Program-made: the position numbers and the translations under genes | Assembly: GCA_050575255.1 (NCBI GenBank) | Contig: JBNZDD010013687.1 | Location: 4,202,082-4,266,081, forward strand | Direction of reading: 5' to 3' | Origin: Harriotta raleighana | Lineage: Eukaryota | Length of the DNA stretch: 64,000 nt | In this document: positions 1 to 12,520 of the stretch, piece by piece | Numbering within the stretch: position 1 is the stretch's first letter | Layout: each line of letters begins with the position of its first letter | The notes under the pieces: generated by a model | Seen by the model: the letters and a program-made list of their open reading frames with translations, nothing else | Database searches by the model: none | Told to the model about the DNA's origin: nothing

Positions 1-1827
1 CAACAATCTTCGGCAATGCCATAATTCTTTTTTTTTTTTAAACACACATTTCATTTGCATTTTTATCAATTCATTGAATAATCTAAGAGAAGGTCTGACA
101 CATTTTTGTAAGCCTTCTCCGTAATATACAGACATCGGAGTATATGTATTGCAATTCATAATGACAGCAAAGCCTGAACAGTTTGTAATCTGGAATTACT
201 GTTTACTTTGTGTCTGATTTTGTTTGCACTGAACAAAATTGTGCCATAAAAAATGATGTTAAGCAAATCAAATGGCATATATTGCACATTCAATTGAGTT
301 CAGAATTATTTGTGTATGATTTATGTATAATTTTGGCTGGTGTGAATTGAACAGGTAATGAAATACAACAATTAAAACAACAGTAAAAATAAAGTGAAGT
401 GTAGGATCAGTGGCTAAACGTCTAGTAATCTGGAAATGACTTCTTTTTCAGTAGCAGTTTTCAGAAAAATATAGTAAAAAGCTTGAACCCAATTTGTAGT
501 TTAGTGTCTTAGACTTCTACGCTGAATAAGTGACTAAGACAACAGTTTTATACTGTAATTATTGTACTTTCTTTGGGAAATTCAAGAATATTAAATCACA
601 ATACCTCTGGTAACCAAAGGATGGCAGTACAATCTTTTAACTTGTAATACATACACACTTGGACACTTATTTTCTAAGGAATAGAAAACATAAAATGTGT
701 ATTTTACATCAAAGAAGATGTTAAAAATGCACCCAACATCTTGAATAAGGAAATAATATAATAATCAGATAAGAGGCATACAATAAAACATTTGTGAGGA
801 ATTCTGATTTCTCCAGCATACAGTCTAGAGGGGAGGAGGGCGGAAACTACAGTATGTGGCTGATAACGTAGTTCACTTAACTTTCAATAACCTTGCAAAT
901 AAATGGGCTCCTCTTCCATGTGGGTCTGTAGGGTGTGGTAGTAAAACTTATGTAGGGTCATTTGCGAACTTTAAAAGTAGCTCTATAAATAACAAGCTTG
1001 AGCAGGCTGTAACTTTCTTATACAGTATTCAGGCATTAAAGCAGCAAGAATCAAAGTTCTTTCATTACCACTACTTGGAGTAACTCCATGCCTTCCATTC
1101 GAAAATGTTTCCAAGTATACACAGTTAAATAAAAAAACAGGTTACTACACTGCAACGTTTGTGCAAAACATATTGTTATATACAGACACAAAGCCTTTCT
1201 TTCATGGAATCAGATAAACACTATGGTGATTTTCTCTCTCAAAATAAAAACTCAGGTCAATAATGAGAACTCAAAACAAAGCTAAACTATTGAACTACAA
1301 TTGTCTGCGTATTTATTGACAGAGGAGTTACACCACAATTACCAACCTCATCAAATGTGATAGTTTCTTCCTCAAAGACTCACTTGATCATTTCTAACCA
1401 AACATTATAATCATAAGAGAAGCAAAAATCTCAAACTGTTCACCTGTATTATTATTCATTTTTGTTTTGGAGAAAATAGTTCATTTTGTCTTAGAGTTTT
1501 CCAAGAATTGTGCCCAATTATTTTATCAACCCACAGCCTTAAGCATAATTGACATCTGAACCCAACCTGAGCAAAGGTCATGAATGTAAATCAGGTTGAT
1601 AGGACTATGTTTGGTTGCATAAATGCATGAACTACCACTTTGTTCTTCTCCCCATTTCCACTATCTAAAAATTAAATCTTTTTTAGAACTTCAAATTTCA
1701 CAATTACTGATATGAGCACAGTGCCATGGTGTGTAAACCAAATATGTGATGTATTTTAACCCTTGTCTACACCGTATCCTGATATACTTTTCTACCTTAT
1801 TCAAAACCCATTTCAATAATTATTGTG

Positions 1828-2123
1828 ATAATAATAATCTTTTATTTGATATAGCACTTTTCACATCTTCGAGACATCTCAAAGCACTTAAAGAATATTC
1901 TGTAAGTGAATTTACTGTGTATTTGTGGGCAAAGTGCAGCAGCCAGTTGTGCACAGCAATATCTCACAAACAGTCGTGGATGAAGTGATCAAATTATTAT
2001 TGTTTTTCTTCCTTGAGGGATTATTATCAGTCATGTAGAGTAAAGGAACTTGCCCAAGGTTTCATCCTGCCAGGAAATGAACCCTGATCTTTCGCTTTCA
2101 TAGCAAGTGAGCTACAGGAATCC
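1828..2123 (-). mobile_element. tRNA-derived SINE (same family)
   Basis: Reverse-complement match with an (ATA)n tail at 1828. Confidence 0.85.
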
Positions 2124-2755
2124 TATTGTTGTTTGATAGTTAAAATAATATTAACAAATAATCCTTACATTTAGTAATAGGCCTTTCACACTGGGAAGAT
2201 TAAGATTTCCCAAAGCGTTTCATAGGATAAAGTGGAATGACCGTGTTTTATGATATATAAATATGATTCTTCATATTTTTCATGAACAATTTCTCACAGT
2301 TTAAATCATTAAGAAACAATAATATAATTAATATGCCTGTTAAGCAAAACCCTCACGTGGTTAATTCCTTATTTCTGACAAAAAATTACTTTAGCAGATT
2401 CGGCCATTTACTCTGTCTCGCCTGAAATATACTCAAAATATACTGTACTCACTTTGAGATGTTTATTCTTGTGGCATATGCTATACAAGTTTTTCTTGTT
2501 GAAATTACATGTTAATGATTTAATTTGCCTCTCATGCTTTGGTGGTTGGGAAGCATTTAGAACTTGTCAATCATGAGGCATGCAGATTTTACATGTATGT
2601 TTACAAATATTATAATTAGGTACGATTATATACTATACATACAACCTGCTATTTGGTCTATCTATCATTACTACTGTAATAGTTTTAACCTTTGTAAAAT
2701 GGCATCATCTAACAATCCAGTAGCACTAATAACAGGGACTTGATTTCCTTACCAT

Positions 2756-4035
2756 CTGTGACCAGGGCTCCCTCTGTCTCCTCGTCCTCCTTGACCTATC
2801 GGCCACATTTGATACGGTCGACCACTCTATCCTCCTGCACCGCCTGTCCTCCCACCTCAACCTTCAAGGCCCTGTCCTTGAGTGGTTTAGGTCCTACCTC
2901 TCCCATCGTTTTCATTTCATACACTCAAATGGCTTTTCCTCCAGCCCCCGCACTGTCGCGTGCGGCGTCCCTCAGGTTTCTGTCCTTGGTCCTCTCCTCT
3001 TCACCCTCTATATGCTCCCCTTGGTGACATCATCCGCAGACATGGGGTTAACCTCCACATGTATGCGGATAACACCCAACTCTACCTTTCCTCCTCTACC
3101 CTCAACTCCACGACTACTGATGTCCTGACAGTCTGCCTGTCTGACATCGAGTCCTGGACGAGAGACAACTTTCTTCAGCTCAATGTCCGGAAAACCGAGG
3201 CCTTCCTGATTGGCTCGCGTCAGCTCCTCCGCAACTCGGGTGCTGACAGCATCAGCATCCAAGACTGCACTCTCCACCTCGCAAAGCCAGTCAGGAACCT
3301 CGGTGTTCTATTTGACCCTGAGCTGTCCTTTCTCCCCCACATCCGCGCCACAACTGGCACTGCCTTCCACCACCTCCGGAACATCGCCAGGCTACGACAC
3401 TGCCTCACCCCTCATGCTGCTGAAATACTAGTCCACGCCTTCATCACCTCAAGGCTGGACTATGGGAACTCTCTCCTCGTGGGCCTTCCCGGCTCCTCCA
3501 TCCACAAGCTGCAGGTCATCCAGAACTCTGCAGCTCGTGTACTCTCCTGCACCAGGCTTCGTGACCACATCACTCCCACCCTCGCCCGTCTCCACTGGCT
3601 CCCCATCCCCCAGAGGATTGAATTCAAGATCCTCATCCTTACCTACAAGGCCTTGCTCCCTCCTACCTCTCCGACCTACTATCCCCCTATCTACCTGCCC
3701 NNNNNNNNNNNNNNNNNNNNNNNNNNNNNNNNNNNNNNNNNNNNNNNNNNNNNNNNNNNNNNNNNNNNNNNNNNNNNNNNNNNNNNNNNNNNNNNNNNNN
3801 NNNNNNNNNNNNNNNNNNNNNNNNNNNNNNNNNNNNNNNNNNNNNNNNNNNNNNNNNNNNNNNNNNNNNNNNNNNNNNNNNNNNNNNNNNNNNNNNNNNN
3901 NNNNNNNNNNNNNCCCCACCGCTCTGAACATTTCCCCCTGCTCGGGTCTTAAACCAACTGTCCAGCGCCTTGGGACGTCCTCCTGATGTGAAACGCGCTC
4001 TATAAATGCTATTTTGTTGTTGTTGTTGTTGTTGT
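2756..4035 (+). mobile_element. L2-clade LINE 3' fragment (degenerate reverse transcriptase C-terminus and tail)
   Basis: [12 protein letters not shown] (YADD-like motif), KTEAFLIG, VRNLGVLFD, HAFITSRLDYGNSLL and LHWLPIPQRIEFKIL are present. The tail is gcgccttgggacgtcctcctgatgtgaaacgcgctc followed by (TTG)n. It spans the N gap. Confidence 0.9.
3701..3913. other. Assembly gap (213 N)
   Basis: Run of N inside the L2 copy. Confidence 1.
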
Positions 4036-4658
4036 TCCTATCGCATCACTGTGACAATTAAACTTGATTCTCCATCCACCCACATTGAATTTAAGACACA
4101 GGCAAATATTTCTGGAGATAGACCTAAATCATTTTGATTTATAGATGAAATCATTCCGCCTCCATTAGTAGTGGATTTAAATTGAAACCTCAATCAGAAA
4201 TTCCCATGCATATTCTCGTAATAATTCATAATATCATACAAATCCATATATTTGTTTTAATCCAGAAATGTTACTGAATTCAAGGTATGTATGATTGATT
4301 GTACGTCCTACCAACAGTTTTCATTTGATTCGGTATGGTTCCAAAATAGCACTACAACAATATATGTCATTATTTCAGAAAGCAATTAAACTCTTCCCTA
4401 AATGTTAATGTTGTTTTATATTTGTGCATTCAGTAATATAGAATATAACGTGACCATATAACAAGGTTAATGGACCACATACAGTAAAAGGGAATTGCAG
4501 GTTCACTTCAGTATTTCAAAGTCATTGAACTCAAACGTGTTCTTGTTTGCTTTGTCTGGTATTTTATAATAACAAACTGCTGTAATTTGGAAAACTACAT
4601 CTTTCATTACATTCCACGTTCAGTAAGTAGAAAATATCACTTGTTCTGGTTCACCTAC

Positions 4659-5576
4659 CTCAATTTTACTGCTGTAACTGTAACCAAACACTTTCTCCAT
4701 GACTCCTTTGATCTTCCGGTCTGAAGCAGACTGGGAGGTATGGCTTGCAGCCCGCAGTGAAGCAATGATTTCATCAACAGATTTTGCGTTAGCTTCCATT
4801 GGTGGCCGACCTCCATTCACTGGCACATTTTTGTCATATATTTTTGTTCCATCCGGCAGTAATGTGTATTTACCCTCATCCGGCCCTTTTTGCGAAACCT
4901 CATCTTTGATGGTGGCAGCTTTTGCCGAAATCAGAGCATCTTTTTTAAGCCTTCTCTTGGCTGCTTTTGACAATGCTTTCGAGAGCTGTTTGCTGGTATC
5001 AATAATCTGGGATGCTTTTTTATCACTATCTTCAATTTTTTCAATTTTTCCATGACTCTTACTCTTTGCATGAACAACATTATAAGGACGATACGATACA
5101 GATTTCAATTTACCAGATTTAGGTTTGCGTGGTGGTTTCGGCCTCCTTGACATAGTTACCCCCGAAATAGTACCAGCCACTGCTGCTATTGCTGGCTTTA
5201 AGTCAGCCTTGGATTTAGTTAAACCTTCTAAAACACTTTTAGAAATAATATTCTTATTCCAGTTGGCACCCAAACCCTTATTAGCTTTTTCAGGATCTAT
5301 GATAACACCCTGTGTGTCTTCTGCTGCACTAGTTTTTGGTCTCTTCATAAACAGTTGTATAGGAATTGCTTTTGCTGTTTCAGTCATGGCGATATCAGCA
5401 TTCTCTGAATCATAATTGTCTTCATCATTTATTTGAGAGTTTTGAGATATCAGAAGAGCACTGTCATTCAACTGTTGAATCATTTCTTCTGGATTTTCTG
5501 CTACCGACGTCACGGTAACAAATGGCAGTTCGCCATGAGCTGAGTCTAATTGTGAATCCTTCTGTAAATGATCCAT
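4659..5576 (-). CDS. TTC6: Probable first coding exon of tetratricopeptide repeat protein 6 (low-complexity, Lys/Ser-rich N-terminus)
   Basis: 306-codon open exon with gaaATGG Kozak context and an in-frame upstream TGA (5640-5642). Candidate acceptor ttttacag| at 5661 and donor GAG|GTAGGT at 4658. The motif SVDEIIASLR...SASDRKIKGVMEKVFG resembles the long TTC6 N-terminus as recalled. Its head-to-head position with FOXA1 fits the known synteny. No TPR repeats are in this exon. Confidence 0.65.
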
Positions 5577-7061
5577 TTCTTGTATTTTCTCAGGTTCAGC
5601 AGAGACTAAAATCTTCTGTTCTTCAGACGTTTCAGAGGTTCACCTATAGATCCAGGTACTCTGTAAAATACAGTATTGAAATAGTTATCTTATAGCATCT
5701 TTAATCATAAGCGAGATACACAGACACTTATTTTGGCATTCGCTGTAACTGTAACAATCTTCATTTCGAAAAATAATATTAATAATCCTTGCATTTGTTG
5801 TAGCATCATATTATTTCATAGTGATTTAGAGGCACCCACTGTCAGCGACAGTGATACTGTACCTGCCTCTACCGACTGTGAGAGTCCCGTAACAGTTTAG
5901 TTTAATAATCTTAGCAAACTAATAGAAAGAAAGTTGCAAGTAATTCCTGTTGTCTTAATGAACAAGCTATACTGAACAGTTTGTCCCAATTAAATCAAAT
6001 CAATCCAATTTCACATTCAATCAACACAAGCTTTGTAGAAGAATTGCAGTTGTTACAACAAAATTCAATTTACTGTATAGAGCGCCCTTCACGTCGGGAG
6101 TACGTCCCAACGTGAAAACCTGAATTACAGAAACACTGTAAGACCAGGAAGGTAAGTCTCAAATAGAGTAGTCTCTGGAGGAGCTTTAATATGTTTGCAT
6201 CTCTACTCCACAATAGCAGAACAGATTTCAAGGCCAGTGACTTGATAATCCTTTACTGTCACTTTGTCATCCGCCGGGTGACACAATTCAATTACAAACT
6301 CCTACAAACTCCTAATACATGGTCACATCTATGGTTCTAAATGGACCATTTCACTGGTGATTTTGTCTATGTATAAGCGAGGTGGCTAGCCACAGCGGAA
6401 TCTGTCCAGTGAATGTTCGCCCACCACACAGAAGGCAGGTAGGTGCCCTCCAGATACTGATGAAGAAACTCCAGCTGCTTTCCTGGATTCTGAGTTCGTG
6501 AGTTCGTACATCCAGCGCCTGGCATTCACCTTGATTGGCTGCAGAGCGGCAAGCAATTGCTGCTTAAACGCCGCACCTCGAATTGGTAAAAACCATCACT
6601 CAATGGGAAGGAATGTGTGCCCAAGCTACGGATAGGAAGACGGTGGCAATGCTCTCACGCATTTCATGCTGAGCTGTGTAGCTCAATGGGAAGCTACCAG
6701 GGAGTTCCTCGTACCTGCCATCCACCTAATGAGGCTCAATTCCGCACTTGTCAGATGTCGAGGGACCAAATAGTGACTATCCTCCTTGGGATGGAGGTAA
6801 GTGGATACCCATGGAGTTGAACTGGATAAAATAATCATTGGAACTTCCTTCATCCTCTGTTCATCAATCCATATTTTCATAAAGATAAATTCTTAAGAAT
6901 AATAGAACACAGCCATTTGGTTCCGTGAGACTAATCTGATGATAGCTCATCAAATGGATCTAACTACCACTACTACTATTAATAATAAATAATCCTTGCA
7001 TTTGATATAGCGCTTTTCACGTCTTCTATACATCTCAAAGCGCTTCACAGAATATATTTTT

Positions 7062-7439
7062 TGGTTAGGTCTCATCTGGAGCACTGCGTCCAATTCTGGT
7101 CACCACACTATAGAAAGGATGCTAAGGCATTGGAAAGGGTGCAAAGAAGGTTACCAGAATGGTACCAGGATTGAGGGACTTTAGTTATGGGGAAAGGCTA
7201 GATAGGTTAGATTTATTCTCTTTGGAACAGAGAAGATTGAGAGGAGACCTAATAGAGGTTTATAAAATCATGAGGGGATTTGACAGGGTAAATAAGGAAA
7301 AATTGTTTCCTCTGGTGGGTGAATCTGTCACGCATAGTCACAAATTTAAAATAGTTTCAAAGCGAAGCAGAGGGGAGCTGAGGAGAAATGTTTTCACTCA
7401 GTGGGTTGTTCGAATCTGGAATGCATTGCCTGAAAAGGT
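7062..7439 (+). mobile_element. CR1-clade LINE 3' fragment
   Basis: Peptide [12 protein letters not shown]...[40 protein letters not shown]...FTQWVVRIWNALP, typical of the CR1 ORF2 C-terminus. Confidence 0.9.
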
Positions 7440-8420
7440 TATTATTATTATTTTTTTTGAGGGATTATTATTAGGTGTGTGGAGTAAGGAAACTTGTCCA
7501 AGGTTTCGTCCCCTGCCAGGAATTGAACTCAGGTCTTTCGCTTGCTCTAACCTTACAGGACTCTGTAAAGCGAATGCTTCTAACCACTGAGGTACGAGTA
7601 CCTTAATAATACTGTACTTTGATGTCCACTCTGGCTAATTTACTCCCGAAATGAGGTTTTCTAGATTAAAATGGAAGCATGTTGGGAAATATTGTATATT
7701 CTTATTGCATGACCCTGTAGTGAATCTTGGAAAATAAATGATTTGATTCTAATTAACTTCATCAATTTACAACCACCTGCTTCACATGGAAGCAATAGGT
7801 GATCCACATAAACACTATTCATGAGAAGATGTTGGTTTGGGTGACACTTTCTCCCTCTGTCACTTTAGCACTCCCTGCAAAATGTCCCAGATCTCAACCA
7901 AATATGATAAAGTTCAACATAAATCTCCTTTGAAATGTTCATTATTATTATTATTTTCCCTCCAACCCTATGAAGAAGCATATGGTCATGGATAGTCAGC
8001 AGAACATAAGGATAGCAGGTCTTCTATGGGAATTGCAATGTGTTTCCTTTAGCTCCAAGGAAGATCTTGGATGAACAGAAATTTTCCATCATACTGACAT
8101 TGAAAAATAAAACCCATAACAAGAAGATTAATTCAACAATCACTCCACGTAATTCTGTGTCAGCAATACAAACCTGAAATGTCACTGTACAACACACTCA
8201 AACCACTTCTGCAAATTGCTGATTCCTGGGACTTACTCACAGATTTTCAAAATGGATTTATCCAATAGACACTGGAGCAGATGGAGCAGCTTGATGGAGT
8301 TTAAGCAAATCATTCCTTTCACTATCAAGTGTGACTTTTTAATTTTCCAAGTATTTTAAGTGAGGGTAGTTGGCCATGATTTAAATAGTGAGCTCATCCT
8401 TCATCTACAAATACACAGTC

Positions 8421-8790
8421 ACAACACAACAACAACAACTTTGATTTATATAGCGACTTCCATGCCGGACGGCATGTCAGAGCACTTCACAATATCGGAT
8501 CCCAGGACCGAGCCAGGGGCAGGGATAGAAAGGTGACCAAAGGTGCGGTCGAAGAGAAAGGTCTTTAGCTGGGACCTGCAAATGGGATGAGGGGGAGCGA
8601 GGCAAAGGAGTGAGGAAGGGAGTTCCAGAGCCTCGGGGCATCATAGCTGAAGACACGGCCACCGAGGGTGGAGCGGAGGATTCGGGGGACACGGAGGAGG
8701 CCAGACCCGGTGGAGCAAAGGTAACGGGTGCTGGTTTGAGGAAAGAGGAGGTCAGAGAGGAGTGGAGGGATTTGAAGACAAGGGTGAATA
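8421..8790 (-). mobile_element. L2 LINE 3' fragment
   Basis: (CAA)n tail on the plus strand and the minus-strand peptide [17 protein letters not shown]. Closely similar to 57712-58080. Confidence 0.85.
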
Positions 8791-9289
8791 CTGACAGTAA
8801 ATATTCTGTGATGCACTTTCTGTCTCCCAAGCTTACCCGCTGCTTCAACACTTAGCACCACTCTGCCCGTTAGTGCTTTAACAGGAACTGTGGGGGCTGA
8901 TTTCCTGCCCTTGGTGACTTGTCTGTCCTCCCAGGTCCTCCCAATGAGCAAGGGATAGCTGTGCTCTAGAATACTGTGGAGCTGCCTGGCTCAGCAACTG
9001 GACAACTGAGACTGGCATAGAGGACTGGCTCAACTGCCATATTCCGTTGTCAAACATGTCAGACACCTTGGTGGATCCAGTTCAGCTCTAATCAGACCTT
9101 GTTTACCTCCGTCCGCTCCAGGGGGCATTTTGAGGAACTTCAATGGCATAAAAAGTTGCTATATAAAATGCCATGATTATTATTGTTATTATTATTTATT
9201 ATAATTTGCAATGAACAAAAAGGCGATGAAATGTCACCTCAAGCATTGGGTGAATGTCCTGCTTTATTTCGAAGTGTTGAATACTGTAC

Positions 9290-9730
9290 CTTAGAGTTAG
9301 TTAATCGGCCGCAGGCGCTGTTCTCTCGGGGACAGCAGGTAGGTAGGCAGACGGCCTCCAGCAGCAACTGTCCCCCCCGGAGCCGGAGCTTCTCACCTTC
9401 CACACGGGGAACAGCCCAGCGCAGCTCCCAGGCTGATTCTGCCGCCGCCGCTACACTACAGACTCTCTCTAGAGCTTTATTCTCTTCTCGGGGCCGGGGA
9501 GCCGCCTTCTCTCCCTCGGCCTGTGCTTTCCTGAGGCGGCGCTTCACCGGGCCTATTGTTGACGCTGTTGCTAAGCAACGGAGAGGCCGTTGGTGGAACG
9601 AGGTCACGTAGAATCACCAGGAGGACGAGCTTGAGCAATAGGGGCGGGGCTTTTGCCCCGGGGGGAGGTGCATGACGCCCAGGTGAAGAGGTCTAAGATC
9701 ATGGGGGTGGAGCCTACAATCAGGAAGGAG
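9290..9730 (-). promoter_or_regulatory. CpG-rich promoter and probable non-coding first exon of the TTC6-like gene
   Basis: Local GC/CpG island with a palindromic RFX X-box-like GTTGCTAAGCAAC (9567-9579), GC box GGGGCGGGGC (9641-9650) and CRE-like TGACG half sites. A minus-strand donor AAG|GTACAG lies at 9290/9289. Confidence 0.6.
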
Positions 9731-9747
9731 GAGCCTGAGCCCCAAGG

Positions 9748-10388
9748 AACAACAACTTCAACAAAGTTACATTTGTGGAGCACCTTTCATGTCGGGAGGA
9801 CGTCCAAAAGCATTGAACTGTCAGGGGTCAGGTCCAGAGCATAGGGAGGAGGAGGGAGGGGATAGTCAGAATGAGGGAGAGCGGAGAATGTGGGGGTGGG
9901 GAGGTGGCTAAGGAGGATTTTGAGTTGGTCCTTGAAGGGAGCAAGGGAGGGAGCAAGGGGAAGGGATTTGGGGATGGAGTTCCAAAGGGTGGGGCAGAGA
10001 GGCTGACAGTCTGGCCACTCATGGTAGGGAACATCAGGCGGGAGACATAGAGCAGCCAGGAGCCTGCTGAATGGAGGGAGCAGACAAGTTGATAGGGAGT
10101 CAGCAACTCAGATAGGTAGGAGGGGGCCTTGGACATGGAGGGCCTTGAAAGTGAGGAAGAGGATCTTGATTTCTATCCTCTGAGGGATGGGGAGCCAGCG
10201 GAGCCGGCCGAGGATGCGGTGATACGAGCATGGAGGCTGGTCCAGAAGATGACATGAGCTGCAGAGTTTGGAATGATCTGCAGTGTGTGGGGGGAAGAAT
10301 TGGGGAGTCCGACAAGAAGGGAGTTTCCATAATTGAGCCTTGAGGTGACAATTGCGTGTGTGAGCATTGCAGTCGCCTGAGGGGTGAA
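9748..10388 (-). mobile_element. L2 LINE 3' fragment
   Basis: Minus-strand peptide LTHAIVTSRLNYGNSLLVGLP...LQIIPNSAA with the L2 tail near 9750-9815. Confidence 0.85.
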
Positions 10389-11169
10389 GCTAGAAAATCC
10401 TTATATATAAGTTTTAATATTATCTGCATGCATCCCACCTACAAAATATTGAGCAATTAGCGGAACCAAGAGAACTCCAAAATCTCAGAGCTACAGAAGT
10501 GGATAATATTAAAACTTTTCTGTAAGCGTTTTCTAGATTTGGAGATTTACCAATTCATCTCATTCCTCAACCAAAAAAAAACTTCATTAAGATATTTTTC
10601 GTATACAGCACTGTATTTAAAACACTCTAAAGTACTGTATTACATAAACACATATACCGTATAATGTTGGGTATCTGTAATTCGACCCTTCCAATAGCTG
10701 GCGTCCTACATCACCTGCAGTAACATAATCAGATTTTTTTCCAAAAATAAACTTACAGTCTGCCAAACTAATATTTAATGATTAGATTAGTTGTAGCTGA
10801 CAACAGTTGGCGCTTTAACATTACTTTTGGGGAATTGACAGTGAAATTTTGTGAGAATGCATAAGTATCAGAATGTTTCGCTAGATCATTGATTGACAAG
10901 AGATATTACCACTCAGTAACAGCTCATCAATGCCAGTGATCAGGGGATTTAAAGATTGGACTCAGCGATTATCCCCGAGGACGTGGCAATTGGCAGATTT
11001 GTGCCCTCAGCAAATTGATGAGGTAGAGACGGTTTGATTGGTTAACGCTAACCAATTCATGCAAGCCCACTTGCATGAAGTAAGAACACAATGTCACTGT
11101 TCGGCAGGTAGTCTGCACTACATCAAAAGCATTTGTAATCTGAAGTTTACCAGAATGCCCAGTCTTTTT

Positions 11170-11430
11170 CTCAATGTGTAGGTTGTTGGGTTAGGCACTG
11201 AGAAGTAAATCACAATTCCATAAATATCTTGTATCCCAGTCCATGGTTTCCAAATGTAGCAAAGGATGCCCTCAACCTTTGAGGGGGCAGTAATGAAGGG
11301 AATTCTGCAAAGTACGTTGTCCTCTATAAGAATTTGGGGGTTTGCATTGTCCTACACCCTCTGGGTAGTGTTTTATACTTTTGTTACCAGTATGACCACT
11401 CCCAGGTCTTCATTTGTCCTTTTCATAATT
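11170..11430 (-). mobile_element. Highly decayed CR1-like fragment
   Basis: Minus strand gaagacctgggagtggtcata (EDLGVVI) resembles the CR1 EKDLGVLV motif. The rest is degenerate. Confidence 0.4.
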
Positions 11431-12249
11431 CCCCTGAGATGGGACATAAGAAAACAGGATGAGGCAATTTAGCCTATCAATTTATTGGAAGTCGTCAGAT
11501 CTTTTAAGCGCAATGTCATGCCCTTTCGCCATAGCTCTCCATAGCCTTTAATTCTGGCCTTCAAAATAATTAGTGATGAATCTGAATGTGGATATGCATT
11601 CAGTACAGTAGGTATGATCTAACAACAAATTAATTTGGATTCGGCATAATCTAATCCCTTTTTTAAATGGTCTAGAATATAAGACATTGGCTTCTGACTA
11701 CTTACAAACCTTTGCGAAAAATAGAAAAAAGCCACTAGTGCATGCGGTTTCATGTGCCATTAGAATAGATGCCACGTTAGGCTGCATATTGCGGATATTT
11801 GAGAGACTTAGCGGCAGTGTTTAAAATAGAGTAAAATTTGAGAACTCAAGTACTTAATGGACCCCTTTCTCTCCTCCTTAGTCATGAGAATAAAAATTCT
11901 CTGCATCCGTCATAGGGATTTAATTATTTTTAACAGTACTAATCCAAACAATCTGATACCCATTAATATGGATAAAAATCAATGTTTGAGGCCATGACGT
12001 GCTATTCCTCATTAATCAATCACTAAAAACTAAAAAAAAGCGTATGTATGCATCTATGTCTGACGTAATGCTTAAATGACTGTAGACAGATTTACATTTT
12101 ATTTATTGAAGTTCATTTATTCTCATAAATAAGTTTTGTCTTGCCAATTCTCTCGATTGACTTATTTTGTAACCTGCGAGTGTGGCCCCACAGGCATCGG
12201 TATCCTGTATCCTGTCTGTGGAAATTCTTCCAGCCTGAATCAGAGCAGC

Positions 12250-12520
12250 AGAACCACCACCACCACTGAAACTTCCTGATTCTGCAAATACACGATGTTT
12301 ACTCACACGTGGCCCAGCAGGGGATGCTAGACAGCAATCAGGAGGGGGAATCCTTGATGCGTTTTCTCTCCAGAAGTCAAGAGTGCTGACTGAGACCAAA
12401 ACTGTAGTGTGTTTACTGCCACCCCGACTGAGATCAGCTAACTGAGGGAGACAAAGTACCAGCCTCGCTCTGTGGGGCTTAGCTACACTTTGGATAAGCT
12501 CTCTGAGCCATCAGGGGAAA
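12250..12520 (-). mobile_element. Ancient tRNA-headed SINE-like repeat (family B, copy 1)
   Basis: Shares agatcagctaact and ctgagccat with the 45240-45555 copy, and agcaatcagga-gggaatc-ttga with the 40540-40790 copy. Confidence 0.55.

Noticed and set aside
820-1450. Possible further TTC6 exons on the minus strand
   Set aside because: Candidate splice sites exist, but I could not find a phase-compatible, stop-free exon with recognisable homology.
2960-3952. 330-aa RT-like ORF as a functional gene or novel RT system
   Set aside because: It is a 5'-truncated, frameshifted L2 copy with YADN in place of YADD, and part of its length is N gap.
9183-9611. ORFs on both strands over the CpG island
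   Set aside because: They have non-ATG starts and GC-driven open frames. The region is better explained as promoter and 5' UTR.
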